This document shows positions 18,836 to 27,570 of a stretch of DNA of 44,135 bases, piece after piece. The DNA lies in contig JAGGTN010000029.1 in the NCBI GenBank assembly GCA_021163645.1, positions 1-44,135 on the forward strand, given 5' to 3'. The stretch comes from Candidatus Micrarchaeota archaeon. GTDB lineage: Archaea > Micrarchaeota > Micrarchaeia > Anstonellales > JAGGTN01. Position 1 is the first letter of the stretch. Every line of letters starts with the position of its first letter. The position numbers and the translations under genes were made by a program. Below the pieces are notes generated by a model. The model was not told where the DNA came from and made no database searches. It worked only from the letters and a program-made list of their open reading frames with translations.

Positions 18836-18871
18836 ACAAAGAGAAGATGAGCAATAAGCTGAGATAGGGGT

Positions 18872-18957
18872 AGGATATTCATTTTATATCTATTGAACGG
18901 TTGGCAAATATTCAATTTGCCAAGTTGCAATCTTTGATTGCCATAATGAATAATCCT
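18872..18957. other. Candidate structured element, copy 1 (outer helix enclosing two perfect hairpins)
   Basis: Outer helix AGGATATTCATT (18872-18883) pairs with AATGAAT(A)ATCCT (18945-18957). Hairpin 1 is TTGGCAAAT-ATTCA-ATTTGCCAA (18901-18923). Hairpin 2 is GCAATC-TTT-GATTGC (18927-18941). A T5 run follows at 18967-18971. The core is ~80% identical to 42187-42238. Confidence 0.35.
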
Positions 18958-19081
18958 TGCTCTACCTTTTTAGTGTAGGTTTTGCCTGATGGGCAAAAAG
19001 TGCGCTTATCCGTTTCGATATTTTGTTGTGTTTCTCTTTTTAAGCAAGGTGCTTATTATTTTGATTTATCGTTAATAAAAT

Positions 19082-19363
19082 TCACACTTTCTTGGGTTCC
19101 CATCTATTCATCAAGATGTTTTCTGTTATTCTGATTGAATCTAATAATCCATGAGCATATATGATACATCCAAACGAAGTGTAATAATCTTTTTTATTAA
19201 GAAAATATTCTGAATCTTTGCGATATTGTTTAGCGAGTTCGATAGTTTTTTTGTATCTATTGGTTATACTGAGGTCTTTTGATTGTCTCGTTAGTTTTTC
19301 TAACTCTTCAAACAATTCATCAAATTTTCTAATATCTATCTCTATCCGCTCTGTTATGTTCAT
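19082..19363 (-). CDS. DUF357-like small protein
   Basis: The ATG at 19363 is preceded by AAGGAGGT. The motif SFGCIIYAHGLLDS resembles the conserved Y-A-x-G-x-L-D core I recall for DUF357. The track start at 19441 would overlap the end of trpS. Confidence 0.55.
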   Translation of the reverse strand: MNITERIEIDIRKFDELFEELEKLTRQSKDLSITNRYKKTIELAKQYRKDSEYFLNKKDYYTSFGCIIYAHGLLDSIRITENILMNRWEPKKV

Positions 19364-19376
19364 TTGATGACCTCCT

Positions 19377-20540
19377 TTATGGCTTATAAATATAATCATT
19401 GATTCTGTTTTTTGCTTTCTCTCTTTTCTTCTGATGTTCATCTAAGAAATTGTTTAGTTTATCAATAAGTATTTGTTTGAGTTCACCACTCAGTAATCTT
19501 CCATCTTTATAATCATCATGTATTTTTTTGAGTTTATCATCATCTTCTTCGAAGAATGTGAGCCATTGATATGAAACATCTATCTCAGGAATCCCTCCCA
19601 ACTTTCGATGTTTTTCAACTGTTTCACGACCTCCAGAAAATGCATACTTATTAATTTTTCTTTTAACCGTTTCCTTATCATCAATTGTGTATATAGTTGA
19701 TTTCTCGTTAGATGATGACATCTTTCCCTGTTCTGTGATGCCGCCAAGCCCGGGAAGGAAAATACATTCTATTGATGCTGGTTTGTAATAGCCTAATCTT
19801 GGAATAACATCACGGGATATCCTAAAATGCGGATCTTGATCTACTGCATGAGGGATAAGACATGGCCGATGGGTTCCTTCTAAAACATTGGGTAGGAATG
19901 CTGGCACTGCTTGCATGGCAGTATAGAATATCGCTCCTATATTCTGTTCGTTTCCAAAGCCAAAAGTTGCTTTTATTGTTGAGAAGGTTATCCGTTTAGC
20001 TACCTTTATTGCTTCTGGATACATGATCCCAGCATGTTTAGTATCTATTAGAAAATGTGTTTTTTTAGGATCAAATCCTAATGCGATAACATCAAGCATA
20101 TTCTCGTATACCATGTTTTGCACTTGTTCCAGATTTAAGTTTCTTTTCATGAGAAATTTTTCTTCGTCTGGAAACTGAAACCATAGTTCAGTATTGAATT
20201 TATCTTGTAGCCATTTGGTAAACAACCAAGGAATTAAGTGACCGATATGTGTATATCCTGATGGTGCACGTCCAGTATATAGAAAGAATTTATTACCTTT
20301 TTCATATTCATCTAATATAATATTCATATCCCTATGTGCAAAAAAAATCCCTCGCCTTAGGAAATAATGAAGTTTTCCAGTATGCTTCTTAATTCTATTC
20401 AGTAATTCATCATCTATCTTTGATAATCCAAAGTCTTCGATTAGTTTATCGTAATTAATGTCTCCCTTAACCTGCCAAGGTGTTACTATTGTTTCCTTTT
20501 TATCATTTTTCTCGTTTTCAAGATTCATCTTATCCACCAT
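19377..20540 (-). CDS. trpS: Tryptophanyl-tRNA synthetase (archaeal/eukaryotic type)
   Basis: Class I motifs GRAPSGYTHIGHLIPW (HIGH) and KMSSS (KMSKS). 387 aa. Confidence 0.95.
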   Translation of the reverse strand: MVDKMNLENEKNDKKETIVTPWQVKGDINYDKLIEDFGLSKIDDELLNRIKKHTGKLHYFLRRGIFFAHRDMNIILDEYEKGNKFFLYTGRAPSGYTHIGHLIPWLFTKWLQDKFNTELWFQFPDEEKFLMKRNLNLEQVQNMVYENMLDVIALGFDPKKTHFLIDTKHAGIMYPEAIKVAKRITFSTIKATFGFGNEQNIGAIFYTAMQAVPAFLPNVLEGTHRPCLIPHAVDQDPHFRISRDVIPRLGYYKPASIECIFLPGLGGITEQGKMSSSNEKSTIYTIDDKETVKRKINKYAFSGGRETVEKHRKLGGIPEIDVSYQWLTFFEEDDDKLKKIHDDYKDGRLLSGELKQILIDKLNNFLDEHQKKREKAKNRINDYIYKP

Positions 20541-20550
20541 TTATTTTTGT

Positions 20551-20602
20551 GTATAAATCCTATATATCCAGACAGTAAAATGCTCATAAAAATCTGCATT
20601 TT
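20551..20602 (-). promoter_or_regulatory. 52-nt conserved terminator/promoter-like cassette, copy 1 (between the KaiC-like stop and the trpS start)
   Basis: gtataaatcctatatatccagacagtaaaatgctcataaaaatctgcatttt. The first 43 nt are identical to 30942-30984. The minus-strand reading has T-runs (ATTTTTATGAGCATTTTAC) followed by the TATA-like GGATATATAGGATTTATAC. Confidence 0.6.
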
Positions 20603-20603
20603 A

Positions 20604-21491
20604 TTATCTTCTATTCTTTTTTGTTATCCCCTTCATTTTAATTCCTTCATTGCCTATCGTGAATGATTGAATAGTGTTATCATAATTGATGCCTCTCATC
20701 TTAATGATTTCAATATAATGTTCTCTTTTACGTTTATCATTTGCGCGTTCGTAACCTAGATAGATATAACCATCAGTAAGGGATTCAATTCCAGATATAC
20801 TTCTTGGAACTCTATAGTCTTGCCATTTACCGTTGTCTTCGGCTATGAATAATGTTGTCGTATTCCAACCTCTTGCTCTTTCTATGAATTTAATTAATGA
20901 CCTTCTTCTATCTAATTCGTTATCATAAAGTAATCCAAGTATTGTTATTGGGTCTATCAATACTCTTGTTATATTTGATTGTAATATCATTTTATGTACA
21001 ACATCATTCTTTATTATGAGCTGTTCTATTTCATCTACAGGAAATTCTACAAACAATAATCTTCCTTGCTTTTCAAGTTCGGATATATCCCATCCCAATC
21101 CTTTCATGTGTTTCAACGATGCTGTTTTATGCTCTTCAAAAGAAATATACATAACATTCTCATCATTCTTTATCCCTTCCATCAGAAACTGCATTCCCAA
21201 CGTTGACTTTCCCGAACCAACGTCTCCATTTATTGTTATCACACTACCCAATGGATATCCCCCTTTGAGTATTTTATCAAGCTGTTTAACGCCAGTTGAT
21301 ACGAATTCTGTTATTCTCCTCTTTCTTTTATTACTCCCTTTTTTCTTATGTTTTCTCATATTTTTCTCATTTCTTAATCTTTTAAGCTCTTCTTCAACTG
21401 TTTTTAATACCTCCTCTTCATCACCTTCTTTTACTTTTTCTTCATCATCATCTTCAGGATAAATACCAAATGATACTTCCATATTCATCAC
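20604..21491 (-). CDS. KaiC/RadA-like RecA-superfamily ATPase with a charged N-terminal extension
   Basis: Walker A GDVGSGKST in GGYPLGSVITINGDVGSGKSTLGMQF. Walker B-like RVLIDPI. The N-terminal ~60 aa are acidic then basic (KHKKKGSNKRKRR). Confidence 0.8.
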   Translation of the reverse strand: MMNMEVSFGIYPEDDDEEKVKEGDEEEVLKTVEEELKRLRNEKNMRKHKKKGSNKRKRRITEFVSTGVKQLDKILKGGYPLGSVITINGDVGSGKSTLGMQFLMEGIKNDENVMYISFEEHKTASLKHMKGLGWDISELEKQGRLLFVEFPVDEIEQLIIKNDVVHKMILQSNITRVLIDPITILGLLYDNELDRRRSLIKFIERARGWNTTTLFIAEDNGKWQDYRVPRSISGIESLTDGYIYLGYERANDKRKREHYIEIIKMRGINYDNTIQSFTIGNEGIKMKGITKKNRR

Positions 21492-21496
21492 CTATT

Positions 21497-22045
21497 TCAT
21501 TTCTTATCTTTTTTATTTTTCTCAATCATCTTTCGCCCAATCTCCTCCCTAATTTTCATATTCCTAGCATATTCCTTTTTCTTTTCATCTGTTAAACCCT
21601 TTTTAAGATACATTGCGGTGAAGTTGCTTGAGAAAGTTGATAAATCCATTAATATTGTTTGTATCTCGCCTGTTGATAATTTTTTAGTATTGGGTTTTAA
21701 TATCTCTATGCCGAGCGGAGCGTATTTCAACACGAGATTGACCAAATCCATAATGTTCCTTACAAGAACTTTGACTTCAGCATAAGTTGAATACATATTT
21801 TCAAAAAGTTCTGGTTTTTCTATCTCGCCATATGTCCATACTGTCAATGGATCATTTGCAATTCTTGAAAGGAATTCTACGAGGAGATGTTTTATTTCAT
21901 CTGGCGAATTACCATGCATATCAAAATACATTATAACAAGAAATCCACCATCTCTTATTGTTTCATCGGTTAATTCCTGTATTGATTTTTTTGGTTTCTT
22001 TTCTTTCTTTTCTTCATTTTTTTCCTTTTTTTTTCCAAATATCAT
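21497..22045 (-). CDS. Hypothetical protein with Lys-rich termini
   Basis: 182-aa ORF whose stop lies 5 nt upstream of the KaiC-like start. The N-terminus (KKKEKNEEKKEKKPKK) and C-terminus (EKNKKDKK) are low-complexity; the core is an orphan. Confidence 0.55.
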   Translation of the reverse strand: MIFGKKKEKNEEKKEKKPKKSIQELTDETIRDGGFLVIMYFDMHGNSPDEIKHLLVEFLSRIANDPLTVWTYGEIEKPELFENMYSTYAEVKVLVRNIMDLVNLVLKYAPLGIEILKPNTKKLSTGEIQTILMDLSTFSSNFTAMYLKKGLTDEKKKEYARNMKIREEIGRKMIEKNKKDKK

Positions 22046-22097
22046 AGTTCAACACCTTGATTTCATTAATTTATTATTCTCCAAGTCAGAGGTCAAA

Positions 22098-22553
22098 TTA
22101 TTGCCCAAAGTATTCCTTGAATTTTTTAGATAAATATAATCTTTTCGACCGTCCAGCGTGTTTGGCAATTATGAAATTCTTTTCAATTAATTCCTTTACC
22201 GCTGGATATACCCAGACACCAAGCTTTTTAACCATATCTGATTTTAGAATGGCATTATGTTTTGAAATATATCCCAATGCTCTTAGGGCAGGACGCGACA
22301 ATTCTGCTTCTTTTGCAAAATCCTTGACATAAGGAACATATTCTTTCCTCACAGTCATATAGAAATGATTGTCTTCCTCAACTATTTCAATTGCATTATT
22401 ATTTTTATCATACTCTTTCTTCAATTCTTTTACCTTTTCTTTTACATAACCAAGTGCGCTTACTCCTATTAGTTTTGCTAGTTTGCTTAGAGGTACTGGT
22501 GTTGGTGACATGAAAAGTGCAGCTTCGATAAGTTTTTTTTCATCAGGTGTCAT
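22098..22553 (-). CDS. scpB: Segregation and condensation protein B
   Basis: N-terminal LIEAALFMSPTPVPLSKLAKL and second winged-helix segment LSRPALRALGYISKHNAILKSDM are typical ScpB. The start abuts the scpA stop. Confidence 0.8.
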   Translation of the reverse strand: MTPDEKKLIEAALFMSPTPVPLSKLAKLIGVSALGYVKEKVKELKKEYDKNNNAIEIVEEDNHFYMTVRKEYVPYVKDFAKEAELSRPALRALGYISKHNAILKSDMVKKLGVWVYPAVKELIEKNFIIAKHAGRSKRLYLSKKFKEYFGQ

Positions 22554-23261
22554 TTAAATCAGCTCATTATCATCTTTACCAAACAGTTTATCAGTTTTAA
22601 CGATAATTATATCTCCGAACAAAATCTCTTGTATTAATACCAATTTACCTTTATTAGCGAGGAATATTAAAGGAAGAAATAATTTAACCTTTTCTGTTAT
22701 GTCGTTTTTATTATTGAGTAATGAGCTGAAGGCAAGCATACCTTTGTCATCAAATTTCCCTTTCATTTTATTCATTAACTCTTCTGTGAGTACGTCAATG
22801 TCATAGAATCTTTCAGTGATGATCTTTTGCTTGTTTCTCATCACGGGATGGGTGAGTCGTATTGAATGTTCTGTTTCTTTTTGGAATGCTTCATCCAATG
22901 CTTCTACCAATTCATCTAAGGTTACTCTCCTCTTAGGTGGGATTCTTGTTTTTAATTCTAATATAGGAATCTCTTCTATTGTATCATTATCTTCAACATA
23001 CATCTCATCTTCAACATCATGAGAATCATCATCAATTTCCAGAACATCACTTTTCATCCTTAAAAGAATAGATGCGGCAAGAATAATATTGGCAGGAATA
23101 TTAAGTTCAAGGTTTTTCATTCTTCTTACGTATTCAATGTACTTACTAGTTAATTTTACAATATCTATATCCCAAGGGTCAATATTTTCTTTTTCTATGA
23201 CCTTTATCAGCATTTCCCGCCATGTAGGATATGTGACTATCTTCTCAAGGTTAAATTGCAT
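22554..23261 (-). CDS. scpA: Segregation and condensation protein A (kleisin)
   Basis: N-terminal DPWDIDIVKLTSKYIEYV motif, an acidic middle linker, a C-terminal winged-helix-like end, and contiguity with scpB. Confidence 0.8.
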   Translation of the reverse strand: MQFNLEKIVTYPTWREMLIKVIEKENIDPWDIDIVKLTSKYIEYVRRMKNLELNIPANIILAASILLRMKSDVLEIDDDSHDVEDEMYVEDNDTIEEIPILELKTRIPPKRRVTLDELVEALDEAFQKETEHSIRLTHPVMRNKQKIITERFYDIDVLTEELMNKMKGKFDDKGMLAFSSLLNNKNDITEKVKLFLPLIFLANKGKLVLIQEILFGDIIIVKTDKLFGKDDNELI

Positions 23262-23303
23262 ATTTTAAAATACGAGTAAGAAGCTTAAAAATGTTTCTAT
23301 CCC

Positions 23304-23906
23304 TTATAGGAAAGGGATATTTATATTTAGTTTTTCTAGTAGAAAAAAGTATAAAATAAAGTTTATGATTAAAAATAATGCAATAAACAATAGGTATTTG
23401 GTTTTATGTTTAAAATATTTTTTTCTTTCCTTATGCCGTGCGACGTCCAATAGTTCATCACCAAAATATACAGATAGATATGTTCCCATTGCTGATAAGA
23501 TGATGATTATCCAGAATGGGACTGGGTTCATCAAGATATTGTTGAATATCTTCAAGAATATGGTTGAATCGTATATAACCGGAAAGAATATATGGGCGGA
23601 TATGTTGATGATGAATGCAAACATCCATACTATAAGTTCTGAATAAACCATTCTAATACCTGTTACTAAGCGCATAGGTAAATCAAATATTATCCCTGCA
23701 TCTGCGATAGGAGTACAGAATACAAAAAACGACCATGATAATAATGTGACTAAAAAACCGTTTCTCATTCCATATCTTAATGAGACAAAACAGAAATATA
23801 CAACCAAGATGCCCAAAACTAAAATGAATTTGATTAATAATTCCTTTTTTGTTTCATGTTTCACCATATCTAATTTTGGATCATTTTTCATGTATATCGC
23901 CTGCAA
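23304..23906 (-). CDS. Integral membrane protein (about 5-6 hydrophobic segments), unknown function
   Basis: Hydrophobic stretches such as LIKFILVLGILVVYFCFV, LVTLLSWSFFVFCTPIA, VWMFAFIINISAHIFFPVI, FWIIIILSAMGTYLSVYF, LLFIALFLIINFILYFFLL. Confidence 0.6.
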   Translation of the reverse strand: MQAIYMKNDPKLDMVKHETKKELLIKFILVLGILVVYFCFVSLRYGMRNGFLVTLLSWSFFVFCTPIADAGIIFDLPMRLVTGIRMVYSELIVWMFAFIINISAHIFFPVIYDSTIFLKIFNNILMNPVPFWIIIILSAMGTYLSVYFGDELLDVARHKERKKYFKHKTKYLLFIALFLIINFILYFFLLEKLNINIPFL

Positions 23907-23915
23907 ATTATATAT

Positions 23916-24398
23916 TTATAATTCTATTACTCTTAATCTATTTTTAATATAATCAATGAATGTCTTTTTTTCATATATAACTAAGAGTTTACCCAAGAAC
24001 CTGCACCAGAAACCCAGTCTTAAGATTACCATTTCATCATTCTCGTCAGCATTTGAGATATAAGGATAACCCTCATCAGTGAATCCTCCTTTTGAGTCGA
24101 AAAGTCCTGCGAGATAGGCTTTTGAAAATTCATTTTTATATTTAAACCGTTCTGGCAACTCAGACTCAATATCCTGGAAAAACTTCCTATACGCTGAATG
24201 GTAAAAATAAGCAGTATTCTTTTCAGTCAATATCTTATTAGGCGGCATGAGTCCTGCGTCTATAACACTGCTGATGAATGCTGACAATAACTTTTCATTG
24301 CCTTTGATACCTATCCCTTTATTTATCTTTCTATGTCTCCATAATCCAATAATATATGCTATTTCAGGAGTCAATTTTATCTTCATCTTAATCACCAA
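23916..24398 (-). CDS. Free-standing LAGLIDADG-like protein
   Basis: Two motif-like segments about 100 aa apart: EIAYIIGLWRHRK (degenerate) and KAYLAGLFDSKGGF (close to LAGLIDADG). 160 aa. It is not embedded in an intron or intein. Confidence 0.5.
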   Translation of the reverse strand: MVIKMKIKLTPEIAYIIGLWRHRKINKGIGIKGNEKLLSAFISSVIDAGLMPPNKILTEKNTAYFYHSAYRKFFQDIESELPERFKYKNEFSKAYLAGLFDSKGGFTDEGYPYISNADENDEMVILRLGFWCRFLGKLLVIYEKKTFIDYIKNRLRVIEL

Positions 24399-24405
24399 TT
24401 CTCTT

Positions 24406-25002
24406 TTATTTTTTTGGAATAATCATTAATCCTTCTTCGGGATTTCCGATTACTTCCGCTTTTCCTCTAAGATATATTAATCCTGTATATGCGCACGCGA
24501 ATGCATCCAATTCGTCCTGAGTCATCATTTTCAATCGCTTTTTTCCTGTCAGTTGTTTTATCCAGTTTCTAATCATATCCTTATTTTTTCGCTCTATATC
24601 TAGAATATCATACGATGCACCAGGAAAAACTTCTATTGTATTAAAACCTTTTAATCTTAATATTGATTTTAATCTGATCCCTCTTTTTGTCAGCATTCTC
24701 ATAGGCCCCAAAGTTATTGGAAAGAATTTTATTTTTCGTTTACGCAGTTCAATATCACAAGTTCTGAAATGTGGTCCTTTCTTATCGTCGATATCTCTTC
24801 TTCCCAATGGTATTGATAATGGAGCATCGATGGCTATGATATTTGGTTCGTACTTATCAGCGAGTTTGATGATTTCTTTGTCATCATGAAGAATACCTAT
24901 ACTTATTAATTGAATACTTTTCTTATCTTTCTTCAAACCCAACACGCAATATCCAGAATCCCTCACCTTACTTCCAGCTAAATCTATTCCCAAGGATAAC
25001 AT
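24406..25002 (-). CDS. Predicted RNase H-fold nuclease (DUF429/COG2410-like)
   Basis: N-terminal LGIDLAGS and the downstream IIAIDAPLSIPLG pattern match my recollection of this family. The assignment is unverified. Confidence 0.5.
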   Translation of the reverse strand: MLSLGIDLAGSKVRDSGYCVLGLKKDKKSIQLISIGILHDDKEIIKLADKYEPNIIAIDAPLSIPLGRRDIDDKKGPHFRTCDIELRKRKIKFFPITLGPMRMLTKRGIRLKSILRLKGFNTIEVFPGASYDILDIERKNKDMIRNWIKQLTGKKRLKMMTQDELDAFACAYTGLIYLRGKAEVIGNPEEGLMIIPKK

Positions 25003-25011
25003 GTATACCCC

Positions 25012-25641
25012 TTATTTATGTACTGATTTAAGTCTTTCTTTAATATCATCAAGCATTCTCTTTATCTCTGGTTCTATACTTCTATTGTATATCTGATATG
25101 CGGGATGATAAAAGGGTACGATAATTATATCTTGCCTTCCAAATAGGGAGTTTCGTTTTATCTCTATCATCTTACCTACTATTTTTCTCATGCTGCTATT
25201 ATCTATCTTGATATTATATTTGTCTTTGAGATAAGCGATAGCAAACTTTCCAAGGGCGATAATAAACTTGGGCTTTATAATATCTATCTGTTTGTCCATA
25301 TACGGCTTACAGGCGTTTATCTCTTCTGGGCGAGGGTTACGATTATTTGGAGGTCTACATTTAAGCACGCTTGTTATGAATACATCCTTGCGTGTTAATC
25401 CAAGATAGTTTATCCAGTCCGTAAGTATCTTTCCTGACGGCCCGCAAAATGGATGGCCTGTCATATCCTCCATTCTGCCAGGAGCTTCGCCAATGAATAA
25501 TATATCAGCATTATAATTAAATTCTCCAGGCACTGTTCTATGCCTTGTCTTATATAATGGACATTTTGTACATTTATTTATCTGTTCTATCAGTAATTCC
25601 ATTTCTTGTTTTTGATGGTTATCATAATCTTCGGGATCCAT
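25012..25641 (-). CDS. udg: Uracil-DNA glycosylase, family 4
   Basis: N-terminal Cys cluster CTKCPL, motif A FIGEAPGRMED, PFCGPSGKIL, motif B FYHPAY. Confidence 0.9.
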   Translation of the reverse strand: MDPEDYDNHQKQEMELLIEQINKCTKCPLYKTRHRTVPGEFNYNADILFIGEAPGRMEDMTGHPFCGPSGKILTDWINYLGLTRKDVFITSVLKCRPPNNRNPRPEEINACKPYMDKQIDIIKPKFIIALGKFAIAYLKDKYNIKIDNSSMRKIVGKMIEIKRNSLFGRQDIIIVPFYHPAYQIYNRSIEPEIKRMLDDIKERLKSVHK

Positions 25642-25728
25642 GTTTAATTAGAAACATTCTATATTTAAATGGTTTTCTTATGATTTCGTTCTTAGAAAAA
25701 ATTGGAGGGCTGTTCATATGAGTGAAAA

Positions 25729-27165
25729 TTATCCTATTGAGAAATGTTCTGTAATCATTCGGTAAGTCTGCATTCCATCCTTATCGATCAAATGGTTAAG
25801 TAAATCTTTGTTTTCCTTTTCGAATTTGAAAATCTTTCTAATACCTGATGGTTCAGTGTAGCCGAATTTATCCAATGCTAATTTAAGATCCTTGTTTTTC
25901 TTAGCGGCTTTTAATAAGGGAATGCCTTTATTGACCGAATCAACAGCATATCTCAACGCCCTAGCCCCTGCGGCTGTTCCTTTTGGGTGGCCATGCACGC
26001 CTCCCCCTGCTTGAATGATGATATCCTTGCCATGTAATGCGACAAGATTATCCACCATACCAGGGTTTACTCCACCCGATGTAACAGGGAATATTGGCTT
26101 GATATGTTTTGCGAATTTAAAGTCCAAAGAGCCTAAATATAATTTTTCTTTTCCATTATGTTTAACTGCAACATCGTGGAATCTTTTTATCAGCATAGGA
26201 GAGCCTTCCATCTTTCCAACACCTGTTCCAATATGTAATTGGTCTACTCCAATCATTCTATAAAATTTTTCATAAACCTGAAAGTTAACACCAAAATTAC
26301 CACGTTGATGTGCAGAGTATCCTGCTCTGTGTGCATGGATGATTAGTCCTAAATTATGTACATAATTTACCATAGAGCATAATGCCGGCATGCCCATAAC
26401 ATAAACATCCATCATCACCATTTTCCCACCGTTTTCATATACATAATCTACTCTGTCTTTCATCCTATCGATATCAGAATCAGTAATATTCGTCGCATAT
26501 AATTTCTTCTCACCTGTAATCTTTTCAGCGCGATTTAATGCTTTCATTACTTCATCGAACCTATCCTTCCACCTGCAAAATTTCTGGTCGACAAGATTTT
26601 CATCATCCTTAACAAGATCTAATCCATTACTCCACGCTTTATATGCCACATTTGCGAATTCTTTAGGTGTGAGGCCTACCTTTGGTTTTACGATAGTTCC
26701 TGTATGCGGTCTTCTGGATTTGGTTGTACCCAGATATTTTCTTATTCCGTTTATACCGAATTTTGGGCCCTTGAATTGTTTTTGATATTTAATAGGAAAA
26801 GAAATATCCATTATATAAAGATCATACAGTTCTTTCAATCCGAATAGATTGCCCATAACGCTTGCCTGAAACTGAAGGATATTTTTCGCATCAAAATGTT
26901 CATATGGATATGCGATGAAAATAAATCCAGAATTGTCTGTTACCTTAATTAGTTTATAAACACGTGCTTTGTATTCAGTGAATACTTTCTTGTTCATTGT
27001 TGATATCTTAGTCCAAGTGCCTACGGAACTTTCAGATGCTATCGCTTCTGCCAATTTCTCAAGCTTAAATTCACCTGAGGCATAGATAAGTACTTTAAAA
27101 TCAGTTTCTTTAGTTTTATATTTTAAATCAAGATAGTTATACCCGCCATAAGTCATAAGAATCAC
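25729..27165 (-). CDS. rbcL: Ribulose-1,5-bisphosphate carboxylase large subunit, form III or II/III-like
   Basis: Active-site motifs GTIVKPKVGL, GLDLVKDDENL (carbamylated Lys), IHAHRAG, GGGVHGHP. There is no small-subunit gene nearby. 478 aa; the start may be the internal MTYGG. Confidence 0.93.
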   Translation of the reverse strand: MILMTYGGYNYLDLKYKTKETDFKVLIYASGEFKLEKLAEAIASESSVGTWTKISTMNKKVFTEYKARVYKLIKVTDNSGFIFIAYPYEHFDAKNILQFQASVMGNLFGLKELYDLYIMDISFPIKYQKQFKGPKFGINGIRKYLGTTKSRRPHTGTIVKPKVGLTPKEFANVAYKAWSNGLDLVKDDENLVDQKFCRWKDRFDEVMKALNRAEKITGEKKLYATNITDSDIDRMKDRVDYVYENGGKMVMMDVYVMGMPALCSMVNYVHNLGLIIHAHRAGYSAHQRGNFGVNFQVYEKFYRMIGVDQLHIGTGVGKMEGSPMLIKRFHDVAVKHNGKEKLYLGSLDFKFAKHIKPIFPVTSGGVNPGMVDNLVALHGKDIIIQAGGGVHGHPKGTAAGARALRYAVDSVNKGIPLLKAAKKNKDLKLALDKFGYTEPSGIRKIFKFEKENKDLLNHLIDKDGMQTYRMITEHFSIG

Positions 27166-27225
27166 CTAAGTAAGGTGCATGTTAATGTTTATATTATTTT
27201 TGCTGCCGGGTCTATTCAGAATAAG

Positions 27226-27570
27226 TCATAACTTCTCAATTTCTTTTTCAACACCTTTGTACCATAAATAGATTATTTTTTTCATTCTATTTTTTATCTC
27301 GTTCTTATCGGTAATCATGTATAGGAATACATAGCCTCCTTTTGGTAGGTTTTTCTGTGTTCTCTTCACAAGGTTTTTATCTACTAGATTTTTCATTGCT
27401 TTTTGTACTGTTGTTCTATCTAACCCCATTTTCTTAACGACTTGAGAAATAGTTTGTTTTTGCTTCTTATCCATCATGAATATCAATAAATTATATTCTG
27501 TTTTATTAAGATTGAAAGAGCATCGTATCAATTCATCATGTTTAATTACTTTGCATGCAAATGTCATCAT
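27226..27570 (-). CDS. Winged-helix transcriptional regulator (MarR/TrmB-like)
   Basis: HTH segment ISQVVKKMGLDRTTVQKAMKNLVDKNLVKR. The start overlaps the stop of the CoA-binding gene by 4 nt (ATGA). Confidence 0.7.
   Translation of the reverse strand: MMTFACKVIKHDELIRCSFNLNKTEYNLLIFMMDKKQKQTISQVVKKMGLDRTTVQKAMKNLVDKNLVKRTQKNLPKGGYVFLYMITDKNEIKNRMKKIIYLWYKGVEKEIEKL

Noticed and set aside
19364-19441. N-terminal extension of the DUF357-like ORF
   Set aside because: It would overlap the last 65 nt of trpS. A strong AAGGAGGT site precedes the internal ATG at 19363.
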